Part shown: positions 12,393 to 26,365 of the stretch, piece by piece | Position numbering within the stretch: the stretch's first letter is position 1 | Layout of the letters: each line of letters begins with the position of its first letter | From: the human T2T-CHM13v2.0 reference genome, Homo sapiens | Length of the DNA stretch: 64,000 nucleotides | Strand: one strand, 5' to 3' | Assembly (NCBI RefSeq): GCF_009914755.1 | Contig: NC_060930.1 | Made by a program: the position numbers and the translations under genes | Notes under the pieces: model-generated | The model's database searches: none | Seen by the model: the letters and a program-made list of their open reading frames with translations, nothing else | What the model was told of the DNA's origin: nothing

Positions 12393-15300
12393 TCAGTGTG
12401 ACTGTTGTCTTTCATCTCATCGGTGGGCCCAGGGTGGGGTGCAAGCAAGGGCCTGGGATATCCATGGCTTCAGGTGCTTAGATGAACCCTGGCCTGTGGT
12501 CTGCAAGAGGCTGTGGCATGCCAGCTGCTGGAGTATGGTTGTCCCTGGGGCTCCCTCCCCAGCCCACAGCTGGTGCCTGCGTTCCCAGTCAAGGCCACCT
12601 TGGAGCCCTGCTGATGCTCAGTGACCAACAGGGATGCTCTCTTCATCCAGAGGCCACCTCAGCAGGCAGGAGATGGAGCTGTCTCCTGGCACAGCCACCT
12701 GCCCCTCTCTCCCAGCCTTCACTCTGCTGAAGCCAGGAAGATCCAACCTCTATTAAAAACCATTAACAAGCCCATTATACTGGCCATTGATCTGATGAAT
12801 TTTATTAACCCTGCCCACAATCAGCAGCTCCCGTCCTCTACATTAACGATCATTTGGAACAGAATTCCTGTGGAATAATGTAGTGTGTTCGCGTTAGGAG
12901 TAAATGAGTTCGCAGTGCTTAATGCTTTTATAACAAACAACTCAGGAATGCATGACTGGTCACCTCTTTCAGGAGCCTGCCCTTTGCAAGTGACATTCAA
13001 TTGGATTTCCAAATGAATTCTCCCTGATGGCTTCTGGGAAATTTACTTCAGTGATGTCATTAGTGATGGGCCATATACCTCGACTTCATCCTAGCTAAAA
13101 GGTCTTTGCAAGAATCACATTTTCCGGTCGGGGCTGGGGTAGGAAGTAGGAAAAGAGCCTTCTAAATATTGAGCGGCAGTGAAGAGCTAAACATGATGCA
13201 ATAAGCCTTCTGGTGTTTCAAGCGTATGGGTATTTCACCTCACTTTGACATAAATCATATGACCTTTGTCAGACAGCACATATTTCAAAAAAAAAAAGGA
13301 AGAACAAATTCAGTAAGAGAAAAATAAAATATGTTTTTGCTTCCAAAAAATCTAATAATTAGGCTGCGATTGACACAAATTAGAATGCTGCCAAAAATTA
13401 CTGGAAACACTGACTCACTCTGTATTTCAATTAACAGTTTCTCAGTTTCCCTTACAAACAGTGAAGCTGACAAAAATTAATTATCTCAGAGGGGGTAAAA
13501 TATTTCCTTCCAAAGTAAACAAAACATCATGGGCTGAAACAATAGCATGCGTAAACAGAGGGGATCTAGTGGAGCTATCTTTCCTTGTCCTTAAAGTCAC
13601 CATTTTGGTAGATTTTCCTTTAAATGTCTCTTTCCAAATGCAACGGTTATAAAGAGATGTTCTTCTCCCATCCTTTTCTACTCAATTATACCTTCCCCCC
13701 ACCATCCTCCATAAAATGCCAACTTTCACCTAAATATCTTGGAGTGAGAACTACAAGCATGAAGTATTGATTTAAGTATTAGTGTAATAATCACAGTAGA
13801 TTCTCTGCTTACAAAATAGCCTTGCAGATAAGTACTAAGATTTACCAGCCCATGGAAAATTTGTACAGGGTTGCATGAGTGACAACATGGAAAATAGTGA
13901 TAATGATTTGAGCACTTGTTTGTACTCACCCCCTACAGGTAGATAAGTGGCTCCATTAAACAATTTCCCTGCATATGAGGCTAAACTTACAGTAGGATGA
14001 AGTTTGCCTGACCCTTGAGAAAGAAGCAAGCCTTAATCATTGAGATAACACATGGATCCGACAGGTCTTTATCACTGTCATGGAAGCTCCAGAAACTGAA
14101 TCTTTAAGGCTAGGCTGATCACACTCTTATCCTAAGTTTCCTGCGGGGACAAGAGCACTTAATTTTCTCCAGTGAAAAAAAATTCAGAGAGCCTACATAT
14201 TGCAAAATCAGATGATAACATAAAAAATATATAATCTCTGCTGCTTTCCTCTATTTCATTTCCCTTCTGGACTATCTCTTGTGTTGAGTTTGAGTTGACC
14301 AAGATAAATACACTGACTTTGACCCTCTCAGATGGGTCATCAAGAGGCTTTCTCCTTCAGATGTTGTTTCTATATCACCTGCTGCATATTTGCCTTAATA
14401 CTCTCTCCCTCTCCTCTATTCAGGCCACATTCCGATCTGCGAATTAGTTCCTGATATTGGCTTTTCCCAAACTGAGGTCCTTTCCTCCAAGTCTCTGCAA
14501 TAATACCTTTGGTTTGCTTATGGTACTTACGGATAAATATTTTTAAGTGAAGTTTTAGTGCACTAACAAGATCTCATTTCTGAGTACATTAAGGAGGATT
14601 TCTTTTGTTTACAATATATCAAATATATCATTTTTTTAATTTTAGAAAATGGAAGCCTTCACAAAATCTCTTTGGGGAAAACACATGACCAAAATATCAA
14701 TTAAAACATAAATGTAAATACAATAGACATAGAAATGGAGGCAAAACAAACCTTAATCGAATGCCATCATATCCAGGCTTATTATTACGCTGCTGGGTCA
14801 CATTTCTTAAGCTTGAAAATTGCATGCGATAAAGGCATGCAGTAATAGTTGTTTTGTAAATTCCAGTAAGGCAATCTCTGGTTTTGATAATACCATCCAT
14901 TTGCCAGCTAAAAACTTTTACCTCCTTCCTCACTAACTTCCTGTGCTACAATTTCTGCCTCTAACTCCCTACAGGTAGAGACAATGGTGATGGTCCGTGA
15001 CATTTTTAGGAATATTTTGTATCTGAAAGCAGAGACCATCTGTATTCTCTATGTTTCTTACATCATTAAAGATACAGTTTTGCTTTAAGTAAATCTGATA
15101 TCTGGAAATCTGGAAATGTGCACGTAGGCTATAGAGCTTATGTCTCTATGGGACTTAAAAAACAACAACTTCCAACTATGCTACCTGTAGGAGTCTTTTC
15201 AGTCTCAAAGACTGAAGTTTTTAAAGAGAATTGGGTTTGTAAAAATTCCCTTTTCTACTTTCTAGGAACTCAAGTGCACAGGCTAGACACTACTGTCATT

Positions 15301-15444
15301 AAAGAGTCAACATTAAAATTCGTGGGGAGGAAGGGATTGGGGAGCGAAACCACCCACAGAAAGAGCCACTGACTTCTCTTTGATCTCCACTGTCAACCTA
15401 GGTGGGCTATCACAGGTTCCCCAGCCTGCAAACGCAAGTTATAT

Positions 15445-15655
15445 GGCAAGGAGTAGTCATGTTTGCAATTTACTCTGAAATGCACCAAAAACAAGATGAA
15501 TAAATGGATGCACAGGTGGAGAGATTTGTGAGAAAGCAAAAACAGTAAACTATTAACAGTGGAATCTACGTGGTAGGTGACCCAGCTATTCACTGTAAAA
15601 TTCTTTCAACCTTGCTTTATGTTTGAAATTTGTCATAATAAGACATTGGGGGAAA
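15445..15655 (+). mobile_element. L1ME 3' end
   Basis: TTCACTGTAAAATTCTTTCAACCTTGCTTTATGTTTGAAATTTGTCATAATAA. Confidence 0.75.
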
Positions 15656-16233
15656 CATGAATAGTCTTTACTGATCTGGAAAGAGAAATGAATGCCCCAC
15701 TGGGCCAAGGAAGAAAAGCATAGTGTTGTTTATGAACTCTTATGTGACTTGAACAGGTGGTTAAATGACAACTTTATGAATCTTCTGAAGAGAATTTTTC
15801 AGGGATCTTTTACTTACTACACTGCTGTCCTTTGGGTTAATATGTCTTTTGACCAATATCTCAAAGCATCATTCTATTACAAAACTAGTTGGCTTTGAAG
15901 GAATCCAGCCTGGTGAAGAAGCGACAATTTGGATTCTATCCAGTTAAGGATAAGATTTAAAAAAAAAAAAAAAAAGATATGGGATCTTAGGACCCTACAA
16001 TCAGGAATCAGGAATATATCCACCTCTTCCTGCCCCCTTCCCCTCTCTCTCCACCCCTCTAAAGTATCCAAATCCCTTCTTCCTATTGAGCTCTCTCTGG
16101 CAATAATAACACCCTACACACCTGCTGTCAGTGCTGACTCACTCCTTTACTCCTCACACTCAAACTTCATTCACTTTTCTACCAAAATGCTTCCCATAGC
16201 TGCTTATTCTTTTATCTTCCCAGGCATCACTTC

Positions 16234-16299
16234 CTTAGCTTTTCCCTATTTTGGTACCTACAATCACTTAGCTTTTCCCTATTTTGGTACATATAATCA
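16234..16299 (+). repeat. 33-bp tandem duplication
   Basis: CTTAGCTTTTCCCTATTTTGGTAC(C/A)TA(C/T)AATCA twice. Confidence 0.9.
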
Positions 16300-18169
16300 G
16301 GTGCATAGTCTGGTACGTTGCAATCGGGCAAACCTAAAAAAAAAGTTTTAATGTTGCTACTCCCCAGCATAAAAACCTTCTGTGGCTCTCTATTGCCTCT
16401 GTCCACTATCTATACACCTTCCCTCATCTCAGAGCATCTCAGCAGGCTCCCTCCCTTCTACTCAGTCTCCTTATTATCCTTTTGTTTCAACCCATTTTTC
16501 TTCTCTAGTATTCTTCCCTTTTTTCATTTTTTTAACTCTTTAATTTTTTCTCTCCCAATTAGCCCCGTACATCTTTGAGACACCTTACTAAAAAAGCCCA
16601 TTTATTAACATGAGAAGATAGAAATGAAAATTAGAACTCAGAAGAACACTGAAACACAAATACACCAACCAGAAGGCTTACTGGGCTTCTATTGTTGAGA
16701 TTCAAGTTTAGCAATATGTTCCCAGACAGATAAAGTAAAAAGAGAGAGATGAAATGTACACACTTCCTAGTTTTTGTTTTTCAGAGAAATTAAAGTTTTC
16801 CCCCTAGGCATTAGGCCTGAAAGAAATTACTACCACTGCATTTTCATTTTAGCGAGACTAAGCCTCATAGTGACCTCAACAGTGTCCCCATAACAAACAG
16901 TTCAGAGGTCTAGTTTCCATAAACTGATAATATCTGAAGGCAAAATAACGAAGCTCAATCAAGTGAAGGAGATGCTGCCAGTGAGGAGGTAATATTTTAT
17001 AATTTTGTAGCCTTATGTGATCTGAGCAGTACAGGAACTCCAGAAGTACCATTTTCCCCATGGGTGTTTTGTTTGTTTTTGTTCCAATTGTGAATCGGAC
17101 ACCAGCCAGGATTTTATTCTTTGTTTAAAGCCTCAAGTGCAGGCATTACCACTGTTGATAACACAGTTATCTAAATACTTGGAGAAATTAAAAGAGTCAA
17201 TGCTAATGTTGAACCCTTTTATTGCAAATAAGAAGCCTCACCAAGGAAACCATCCCCAGCCCTTCTGTATTTGCAAGGCTGTGGCCCGTCCTGCCTTCTC
17301 ATGGGATGCTCACTCTTCTGTCTGTTCTGCAGCCCCTTTGGTCTGCACTCAATGCTTCAGTGCTTAACAGTATTCCATTTGGTTTTTCACACTGTCAATT
17401 TCATGTGTTTTTTTCCCCTTCCTTTTCTTAAAGAGATGATAAACTCTTTGAGGGCAAAGCTCTCATTTATTTTTTCAGGACTCCCCTCCAGCCTCTCCTT
17501 AACACACATTTTGACTCTTTTTCTTGTGCACTTGTCCACTGTAGGATCGAGTCTTTAATGTGGTCTGCAGAGGTCCCAGGGATCTATCTTTCTTCCTGTG
17601 CCCACCCTCTAATTACTCTGCTCTCCCACCTGAAGACCTGGTTTCCTCTCTCACTGTGGATACAGCACTCACCTGTCCCTCCCTCCCTCAGCCCCCTTGG
17701 CCTTCACATCACCTTACAGGGCTCAGTGGCCCTTAGCTGAATCCTGAAACTCCAGCAGGTGCCCTTTCTTGGCAGAACTGAAGGCTCCTGTGCTCATTCC
17801 CATCATGACATAACACTCGTACGTTCGCCTAATACTGACCAAAGTCTTCCAGAGATGGAAACAACTCAAGGCTTAGGGTCACCATTTTCTCTCTAGTGCC
17901 TACCACATTGTTTAATCTATTCTGGCCACTTAACATCAGTGACATTAATGAACGAATCAATGAAACAAAGTGGGGCAGAAGAGGAAGAGAGGTCTTCTGC
18001 ACAGCCTGGGAAGCCAACCCAGACTTGCTTCACTGGATACCAGCACCCACATAGCAGGCTGCGTCCAGGATGGCAGGGTTGCAGAATCAACCCCACTTCC
18101 AGCTGGTGACCTTAAGGATTTCTCACAGCTGTAAATGGCACGCCAAAGCTTGGAAATGGGTGTTGGGAG

Positions 18170-18588
18170 TCAATACACTTGGATATTTGTCCCCTCCAAA
18201 TCTCATGTTGAAATTTGATCTCCATTGTTAAAGATGGGGCCCAGTGGGAGGTGCTTGGGCCATGGGGGTGGATCCCCTATGAACAGCTTGGTGTGTTTGA
18301 GTAATGAGTGAGTTCTCACCCTTAGTTCCCATGAGATCTGGTTCTTAAAAAGAACCTGGCACCTCCTCCCCTCTCTCTTGCCTCTCTTCTTCTCTTTCCA
18401 TGTGACATGACATCTCCCTTGCTTTCTGCCATGAGGAAAAGTTCCTGAGGTCCTCACCAGAAGCCAGGCAGATGTTAGCAGCATGCTTCCTGTACAGCCT
18501 GCAGAACCGTCAGCCAAATAAACCTCTTTTCTTTGTAAATTATCCAGTCTCAAGTATTTCTTTACAGCAATGCAAAATGGACTAACAT
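18170..18588 (+). mobile_element. MSTB-like solo LTR
   Basis: GTCCCCTCCAAATCTCATGTTGAAAT...AATAAACCTCTTTTCTTTGTAAATTATCCAGTCTCAAG...GGACTAACA. Confidence 0.9.
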
Positions 18589-19382
18589 GGGGGCTACAGG
18601 AAAGCCTGTGAACAAGTATGACTCTTGGAAACAATCAATGGGTGCCCACTCTATAGTCACTAAATGGTAGACTCAATGAAAAGGCACCACTGAGCAGGAG
18701 CTGGCAGCCCTACAGGAAGTCAGAAGATACAGAGCCAGCAGAGACTGTCCTTTGTTGATCTTGAGACTCACTGGTCTGTGGCTCTACATTCTGAGATGGG
18801 GCCAGGTGGAAGGGCCCCCAGGTTTTGCTTGGTATCTCCTCCATGCCCCTCCTCTTCATCAATCTGTAATTCACCCTCCTCCATGCTTCTTTGCCTGGCT
18901 TCACATGGTGCACATGGAGACTTGTTTTAAAGACAGAAACAGATGGGCAGCTCTCTGGAAAGCTGCTCCAAGTTGGAGGAAGGAGATTGTTCTTTTAAAG
19001 AAAGAGGAAGTTTAGGAAGCATGGGATCTACTCTCACTTTTGGGAAACTGTGTCTCAGGGCACTATCCCTTCGTTTCCAATATCTCATCACGATGTCAAG
19101 TAAGGGCTCAGAGTGTGTAAGCAGCTGGTTTCCCTGGGAGATAATAGTGGTTCTGGAAAGCACCCTGTAAGCACAAACTCAGGGGCACAGTTCCAAACCT
19201 TCCGCATGACTGATCCCATGACAGATGTTTCCACACTTTCTCCTTCCTGCCTCTGGCCTTCTCTCCCTTGCTGACCTATGAGGGTTTTCTAAAGGGATGT
19301 GCAGGCTGTTTTGTGAGAATGGCATCTACTCATTGGTGATTTTTCTAAATGCACATAATCAGTTGATTTAGGGTTAGTCAAT

Positions 19383-19434
19383 CTCTCTCTCTCTCTCTCT
19401 CTCTCTCTGTGGGTGTGTGTGTATGTGTGTGTGT
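19383..19434 (+). repeat. (CT)n(GT)n compound microsatellite
   Basis: Direct reading. Confidence 0.9.
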
Positions 19435-19960
19435 ACCTCTTGCCAGTGGAGAAGGGAATGGCTAAGAGTAGGGCCTAAAAGTAAAAGACAAGAAGTTGTT
19501 TTCCTAGGAAATGCCTTCATTCAATACCCATCAAATATCTCTTGAGAAGCAGTTCTGCTTCAGCATTCTAGGTAACTGAAAGGTATATAAGATATGGTCT
19601 TTGAACTCAAAAAATATTAATAAATTTCAACTTACATCTATTGTAACCCTACAGTGTCAATCTAGGACTAGGTGAGTCCTAAAGCATTATGTAGAGGAGG
19701 CTCTGAAAGTGTTAGACGACAGTAGGCAGCACCACATCAAGCCTTTGGAGTTCACACTGAAAGACCACAAGTCCTTGTTTAAATCAAAGAATGAGTTATG
19801 GCAAAAATCTTCCTATCCTAAAAGACTCAAGGATTTCCCTTCAACAGCTTTTGTGACATTCCCAAGCTGTATCTAACGATCTCAGAATGTGCCACTAAAT
19901 TGTGTTTTGTTATTTCAAAATAAAAGTTAATTTTAATTCCCTATTATTAAAAACATATAA

Positions 19961-20298
<338 letters not shown>

Positions 20299-20577
20299 CC
20301 ATGAACTTTTTTTTTCTTGCTAAGAATCCAAGAGCAAAACAAAACAAAAGCAGAAGGCCATCTATAGGCTATCAAGCTAAAGATGTCCAGTAGCATAGTA
20401 AATTTATGAGTTTGACACTCAGAGGAGAAATCCAGCTGGAGACAGAGGTTTGGGAGCCATCAGAGTATGGACATCACTGGGTTAAGTGGTAATAGATGAG
20501 ATAACCCAAAGAGTATATGAGTTGGAGGAAGAATAAAGCATATAGGAGAAAGCGCTGTGGAGACACACCAGTTGAGT

Positions 20578-20800
20578 CAGGGTTTCTAAACCTCTGCACT
20601 GTTGACGTTTTAGAATCCATAAGTCTTTGTGGTGGGGGGTAGGCTGGCCTGCACATTGTAGGATGTTAAGCAGCATCCTTGGCTTCTACCTAGTAGCAAG
20701 CCTTCCCCACTCCCCAAAGTTGTGACAATTAAAGCTGTCTCTAGACATTGCCAAATGTCCCCTGCAGGGCACAATCCATCCTGGTTGAGAATCCTTGATT
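20578..20800 (+). mobile_element. MER20 (hAT-Charlie) inserted in an antisense L2
   Basis: CAGGGTTTCTAAACCTCTGCACTGTTGAC...GTTGTGACAA...AGACATTGCCAAATGTCCCCTG...GTTGAGAA. Confidence 0.85.
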
Positions 20801-22639
20801 TAAGAAATAGGCAAAACAAAAGCATTTTGCAAGGCTGATTGACAAGAGTGGTCAGAAAGTCCAGAGGTAAGGAAAAGAGGGAAAGAACTATTTAGGAGAG
20901 ATGTGTCCAATGTTGTGGAGTGGTATTCAGGCATGAGCACCAAATCTACTAGGTTTCCAGACAAGAAGGCTGTTGGTAAGCATGCAGGCCAGGCGCTTGC
21001 CCCTTGTGTTTCCAATGAGCCTGTCCTTCCTTCCAGGCTAAGTCCTCCATTTCTTGTTGAGTGTCTGGGACCTTTAGGGCTCAACCTCCTGCTCAGCGGA
21101 TTCTTGGATGTGGAGCCAGGAGCCTGAACACTGAGGGAAGGTCAGCATAGAGATGCTCCCCAGAGGCCACTGCCGTCAGTTCCACAACCCCGAGGTTGGC
21201 TGGGAATCTTAACAAGTTTGTAAGTGTAAAATTTGGGCACCTGCAACGCAGGACCAGTTGGCAAGAAGCCCACTTGCTTAGAACCCACCACACTCCTGAG
21301 AACGCAAGCCTGGGGCATTGAGACAAATTCCCATGGCCAAGAAATGTGGCTCACTTCCTTATCATGGTCTTCTCAGGAAAAACTGAAACAAAATTTCTCC
21401 AAAGGTCACAAAATTCCTTCTCACCACAGAATAATACAATGTGGCTTTTAGGAGTTCCTAGTTGTGTTCAGAGGGAGATGCTGAAGACACACACATGCTT
21501 TTATTCATAACCAATTTGTACCAGGCGAGCTCTCCAGAATACCCCTCTGAAATGATTGTGCACTTTTTGGTTTCCAAATTCAGAAGACACAAAAAGCACA
21601 AGGGTTTGTTTTGTTTGTTTGTGTAGGGCACTTTAGCTTTCAAGCTGAATTTTCATGGGTAAATTAGTTTCTAATAAAAGGAAGAGAAACGCTGAAATCT
21701 CCTCTGTTTTTATGAGGCTTCTCTTTTTATTCTGCCCTCAACATAAGAAGAAACTTGATTGCTATTGGACTGTTAAAACTCCAAATTCCATAGCAGCCAT
21801 GAAAACACTTGTTCTGTTTCTATTTGTGGAATTCCACAGGCATGGATTTACTTTTCATATGCACAACAAATGAACCTCATTCCTAGCTTCTTTGCCCATC
21901 AACAGGAACCCCTGGTTGGATAGCATCAGGTATGTCTCCCAGGGCCAGCAGCAGCCCAGCAATAGTGATGAGGAGGGAAACTGACCTATCACAGGCTTTC
22001 ACAGAGACAGAAAGGGGCTGTTTCTTTTTTCAACTGTTTCTCCTCTTCCCCTGATGGCCTCTCTTTCATCTGGTTACTGCCATGATCATGTCCTTATTCC
22101 TCTGCTTAATTGCAGACTCTGCCTCCTTTTTTCTTTGATTCACTAATTCTTTGGAGACATGAATACACAGTTACCTAATTAACATCTGACCACGGTGGAT
22201 GTACAGAGGAAAGTATCAGCCTAGAAAACTTTCTGCCAGAGAGTATATGCTTTTAGCTACCGCACCAATCAGAACAGACATTGATTCGCCTCAAGCAAAA
22301 TATATGTAATTATGACTCTATGCATCTCTTTGAACGTAAGTCAGTCATGATTAGACCACGTGTCTCAGATATAACAACCAAAAGCCCTATAGATATTTCA
22401 AGGCACTGGTAAGCTTCCTAGCAGTGTCCTCATTTATAACTTTCTGTATAAAAGAACACTCCAAAGTGTCCAAATATACAGTGTCAGCTACAGACGCTGA
22501 CACTTGGGTTGCTAAAGGCTTTCCCTCTGCCTCTAATGCTTCTTGGCCCCAGCACACCTCACTCCACCCCAAAGGAAGAAGAACTCTGGGGTCAGTCAAG
22601 GTCATAGAGAAACTACTGAAGTAAGAGATGAAGTCTTCA

Positions 22640-23990
22640 TTCATTCTCTCATGCCATAATCATTAAGTGCCTACCACATACCAGGCATTGTGTGAGGTGC
22701 TAAGGATCAGAAGGTGGACAGATGTGGTCCCTGGCCTTGCAGACCTTACAGTCAATGGGCAAGATTTCCTGTGAGCAAGTAGGGAAACAGATACCAATCA
22801 CAATATGTGCTATGAAGGAAAACAAACAGGAATCTAGGTACCAGAACACAAGTGGAGGCACGTACTTCATGGAAGGCAGTCAGGAAAAGCCATTCTGAGA
22901 AGACCACGTCCAAGATGTGTTCTAAAAGCTACAGCTGAGCCATGGGAGAGCAGATGGGGAGCATCTTGGGCAAGGGTGCAGTACGCACGAAGGTCCTGTA
23001 GGAGAATGAACTTCAAGAGCTGCAGGGCACAGTAAAGCCTGGAATGGCTGGAACATGGAGTGCCAGGGGGAGAGAAGCTCAATCTGTGTCTGCAGCATTA
23101 AGCAGGGCCCAGGTTTACCAGGTTTTGTTGGCCATAGGAAGGAGTTCAGGTTTATTCCAAGTGAAGCGGGAAGCCACTGCTGAGTACTAAAAAGGGAAAT
23201 AACATTTTGCAATCGATTTTGCCATGGTCTGTAGAGGCCTGAAAATGAAAGCTGGAGGACCAGTTTGGAGATGTTGTATTTAGGTGAGAAATAAATGTGG
23301 CCACGAGGGTGTTGGCAGTGGAACTAGAAAGTGAACAGATTTGCTACCTATTCTGGAGGTAGAATGGATGAGAGTAGCTAATGGAATGGATAGAGTGGAG
23401 GGAGGTGGCAGGGTCAATGCTGGTTTCTGTCTTGGGCAATTGGGAGGATGATGGTTCCATTTCCTGAGATGGAGATGCTCAGAACAGATGAGAATATAAT
23501 GTATTCAGTGAGATATTATAATATAATACAATATATTCAGTGAGAATAGAATATATTCAGCTCTGTACATGTTGATTCAGAGATACCTACTGATATATAC
23601 AGTAGCAAGGTCAGGTAGCAGCTAGCTATGCAAATCTGGAACTCAAGGGAGATCTGAGCTAGACACTCAGCACATGGAAAGAACAAAAGCCATGGGAATG
23701 AATGGATGCCAGTTACTGGGGAAAGGGCATTAGCAAAGCAGAGGTCCCATGGGAAGCCTGGAAGAACATCACCCTTTAGAGGGCAAGTGGGGGATCCAAG
23801 CGGAAACCGAGGTAGGAGAAGAACAAGGGAGTGTGGCATCAAAGGGTTAAGGAAGCAGAGTTTCAAGGAGAGAGAGGTGCCCAGTGCTGCTGAGAGGTGA
23901 GGAAGATGGGGGCAAAAACAGGTGCCCAGAATTTGGTAACATGGAGATAATTGGTGACTAGAATATGATGAATGATCAGAATAAGAATAG
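22640..23990 (-). mobile_element. Long L2 fragment
   Basis: CATTCATTC...AAGTGCCTACCACATACCAGGCATTGTG 3' end plus L2 ORF2 remnants. Confidence 0.8.
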
Positions 23991-25051
23991 ATCCTAAGTA
24001 CAGGTCTGAGGGCAACACTCGGGTTATGTTCCATTCCAAGAAGCACACTTGTGTGCTTGAGTGACAACATCTGCCCCAAAGGAACTCCCAATTAGCCAAC
24101 CCTTCTCCCACCTCTGTAAATCTTTGTAAGAAACAGTGCAGGGCTCAGGAAAATGAAGCTATGACTTGAGGTTTGCCTCTGCTTCGGGTGGTAGGAAGAA
24201 GGGTTGTCTTTCCACATCTTTACTTTCATCTTGTAGAGCGGTCAGTTCCAAAGACTGGAGGCCAGAGAACAGGACTCAGAAAATTGCTCAAGCAGCAGGT
24301 GCCATTCTGCTTCCAGTAAGGCCAAAGGGACAAAAGGCCCCAATATGATTCACAAGAATAAAAGAGGTTGGGAAATTGGGGAAAAATTAAAAAACAGCCA
24401 CTGTGTTGGAAGAATTTATACCCTGGGACATTAGGCAGCCAGTGCAGGCCTGGGACAGACCTGAGAGTTTGGTTTCTGGTTAAATCCCTGAATGGCGGAA
24501 AATCCCAATTAACAAATAGGACTTGGATTTCACCTCTCCCCTCCTGAGGAGGCCCAGGTAGTTCTGTAGGCTTGTGTGCATAACTTCCATGCTGATACTA
24601 ACAGCCAAGTAAATCAGGCAATCCTGGGTGCATTAAAACCCAATCCTGAGACTTTAATAATATGCAAACTAAATAAACAGCATGCACCAGGAAACAAATA
24701 CAAACTCATCCTTAATTGTTACATTGCCTAGCCTGAAAGGCAGGCAATTTGAACACCTCAAGCAATCACGTTATGATCAAGAGCCTTTTCTTAATTGCCA
24801 GAAACCCTACGGGCCTCTCCTCCAGGAGAGGATCAGAAAGGACAACACTCCAGCAAATTCATCTATAATCACAATTTAGCATTATTACATAGCAGCCTGT
24901 CCCTAATAAAAGGATGAACAAAATGAATTCTTTAATCACTAGTTCTCTTTCTTTGCTGATGCCTATCCCTTTAAAATGAGTATTTTAGAAACTTTGCATT
25001 TTCCTCTGAAATGTACTCTGACCTCCTGCACATGATCCTCCCCAATCTATG

Positions 25052-25360
25052 TTATTTAATCTATTTATTTATTTACTTTGAGATAAGAACCTTGCTGAAT
25101 CGCCCAGGCTGGATTGCAACGGCACAATCTTGGCTCTTTACAACCTCCGCCTCCCAGGCTCAAACGATTCTCCTGCCTCAAGCTCTCAAGTAGCTGAGAC
25201 TACAGGCATGCATCACCACACCTGGCTAATTTTTGTATTTTTTGTAGAGATGGGCTTCGCCATGTTGCCCAGGCTGGTCTCGAACTTCTGGGCTCAAGCA
25301 ATCCACCCGGCTCAGCCTCCCAGTGTTGGGATTACAGGCGTGAACCACTGCTCCTGGCTC
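25052..25360 (-). mobile_element. AluJ
   Basis: CTGGGCTCAAGCAATCCACC, (TTTA)n tail. Confidence 0.9.
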
Positions 25361-25759
25361 TGACTACATTATTAACTGGAATTAGTGATTAGTTGCATAG
25401 TGTAGAAATCTGTGCCTTTAAGAAAAGTAGAGATGCTTCCAGCAGGGAAGGAACATAAGCTTGCACAAAAGGCCTTTTCACTATGTTGTCTCCCACATGA
25501 ATCTAATCTACCCCATACCACTTCCAATGTATTCCTATATGTCAGGATAGTGTCTTACCATGGATTCAAATTCCCATTAATATTTTTTTCTAGTCAGTAT
25601 TTCCTCTTCTACTGACATGGAGGTCATACCCTCCATGTGTATTATGAGAGTGGTTATTTTAGAAATTATAATGTGCTTATTTAACCTGGTCATGGCTGAC
25701 ATAGGTCACTATCTGTAGCCCCTCACCCCCCAACACTCCAACAGGACCTTAGAATACCT

Positions 25760-26365
25760 CTATTCCAATCACCCCCTCTCGGTTTACACTCTATTTTTGC
25801 TCAGCATTTTAGCTCATTTTGGGGGATTTTTTGTATTTTTAATCACTACATGTTGGACAAATTCTTTTCCATTGCTTTTAGTATCCAAACCTCCGTTCTG
25901 AGATCCTATTTCTTCTTTCTAGAGTATTCCCTTTAGCATCTCCTTCAGAGAAGACTTGTGGGTGGGGAAATCTGCTCTAGTGTGTCCGAAAATGTCTTTA
26001 TTTTGCCTCTATTGTAAAAGACACTTTCAGTGAGTAAATACGTTGACAGTTTTTTCCTTCAACACTTTGGAGCTATTATTCCATCCCTGGCTTTGCTATT
26101 GCTATGAAGAAATCAGCTATCGATCTAGCCATGGTTTCTTTTTAGGAAATCCATCCTATTAATCTGGTTAATTTTTGGGTCTTCTTTTCTGTCTAAGGTT
26201 TCTGTCGTGTCACACAGTAGGTAGATGAGAGTGGTTTCAGTCCAGCCTTAGTCCTGTATGGAATTTATTTTGCACTTCTTGAATCCGAGGATTACTTTTG
26301 CATACATTCTGGGAAATAATCAATGTTTATCCCTTCAAATATTGCCTTTACCTCACTCTTCTTGG
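25760..26365 (-). mobile_element. Old L1M fragment
   Basis: GAAAATGTCTTTATTTTGCCTC...TTCAACACTTTG...ATTCTGGGAAAT, typical antisense L1M 5'/ORF1 region. Confidence 0.7.

Noticed and set aside
23490-23560. Short ATATTCAGTGAGA local repeats
   Set aside because: Ordinary slippage duplication inside L2.
23537-24091. 184-aa ORF
   Set aside because: Lies in a degenerate L2, with no splice or codon support.
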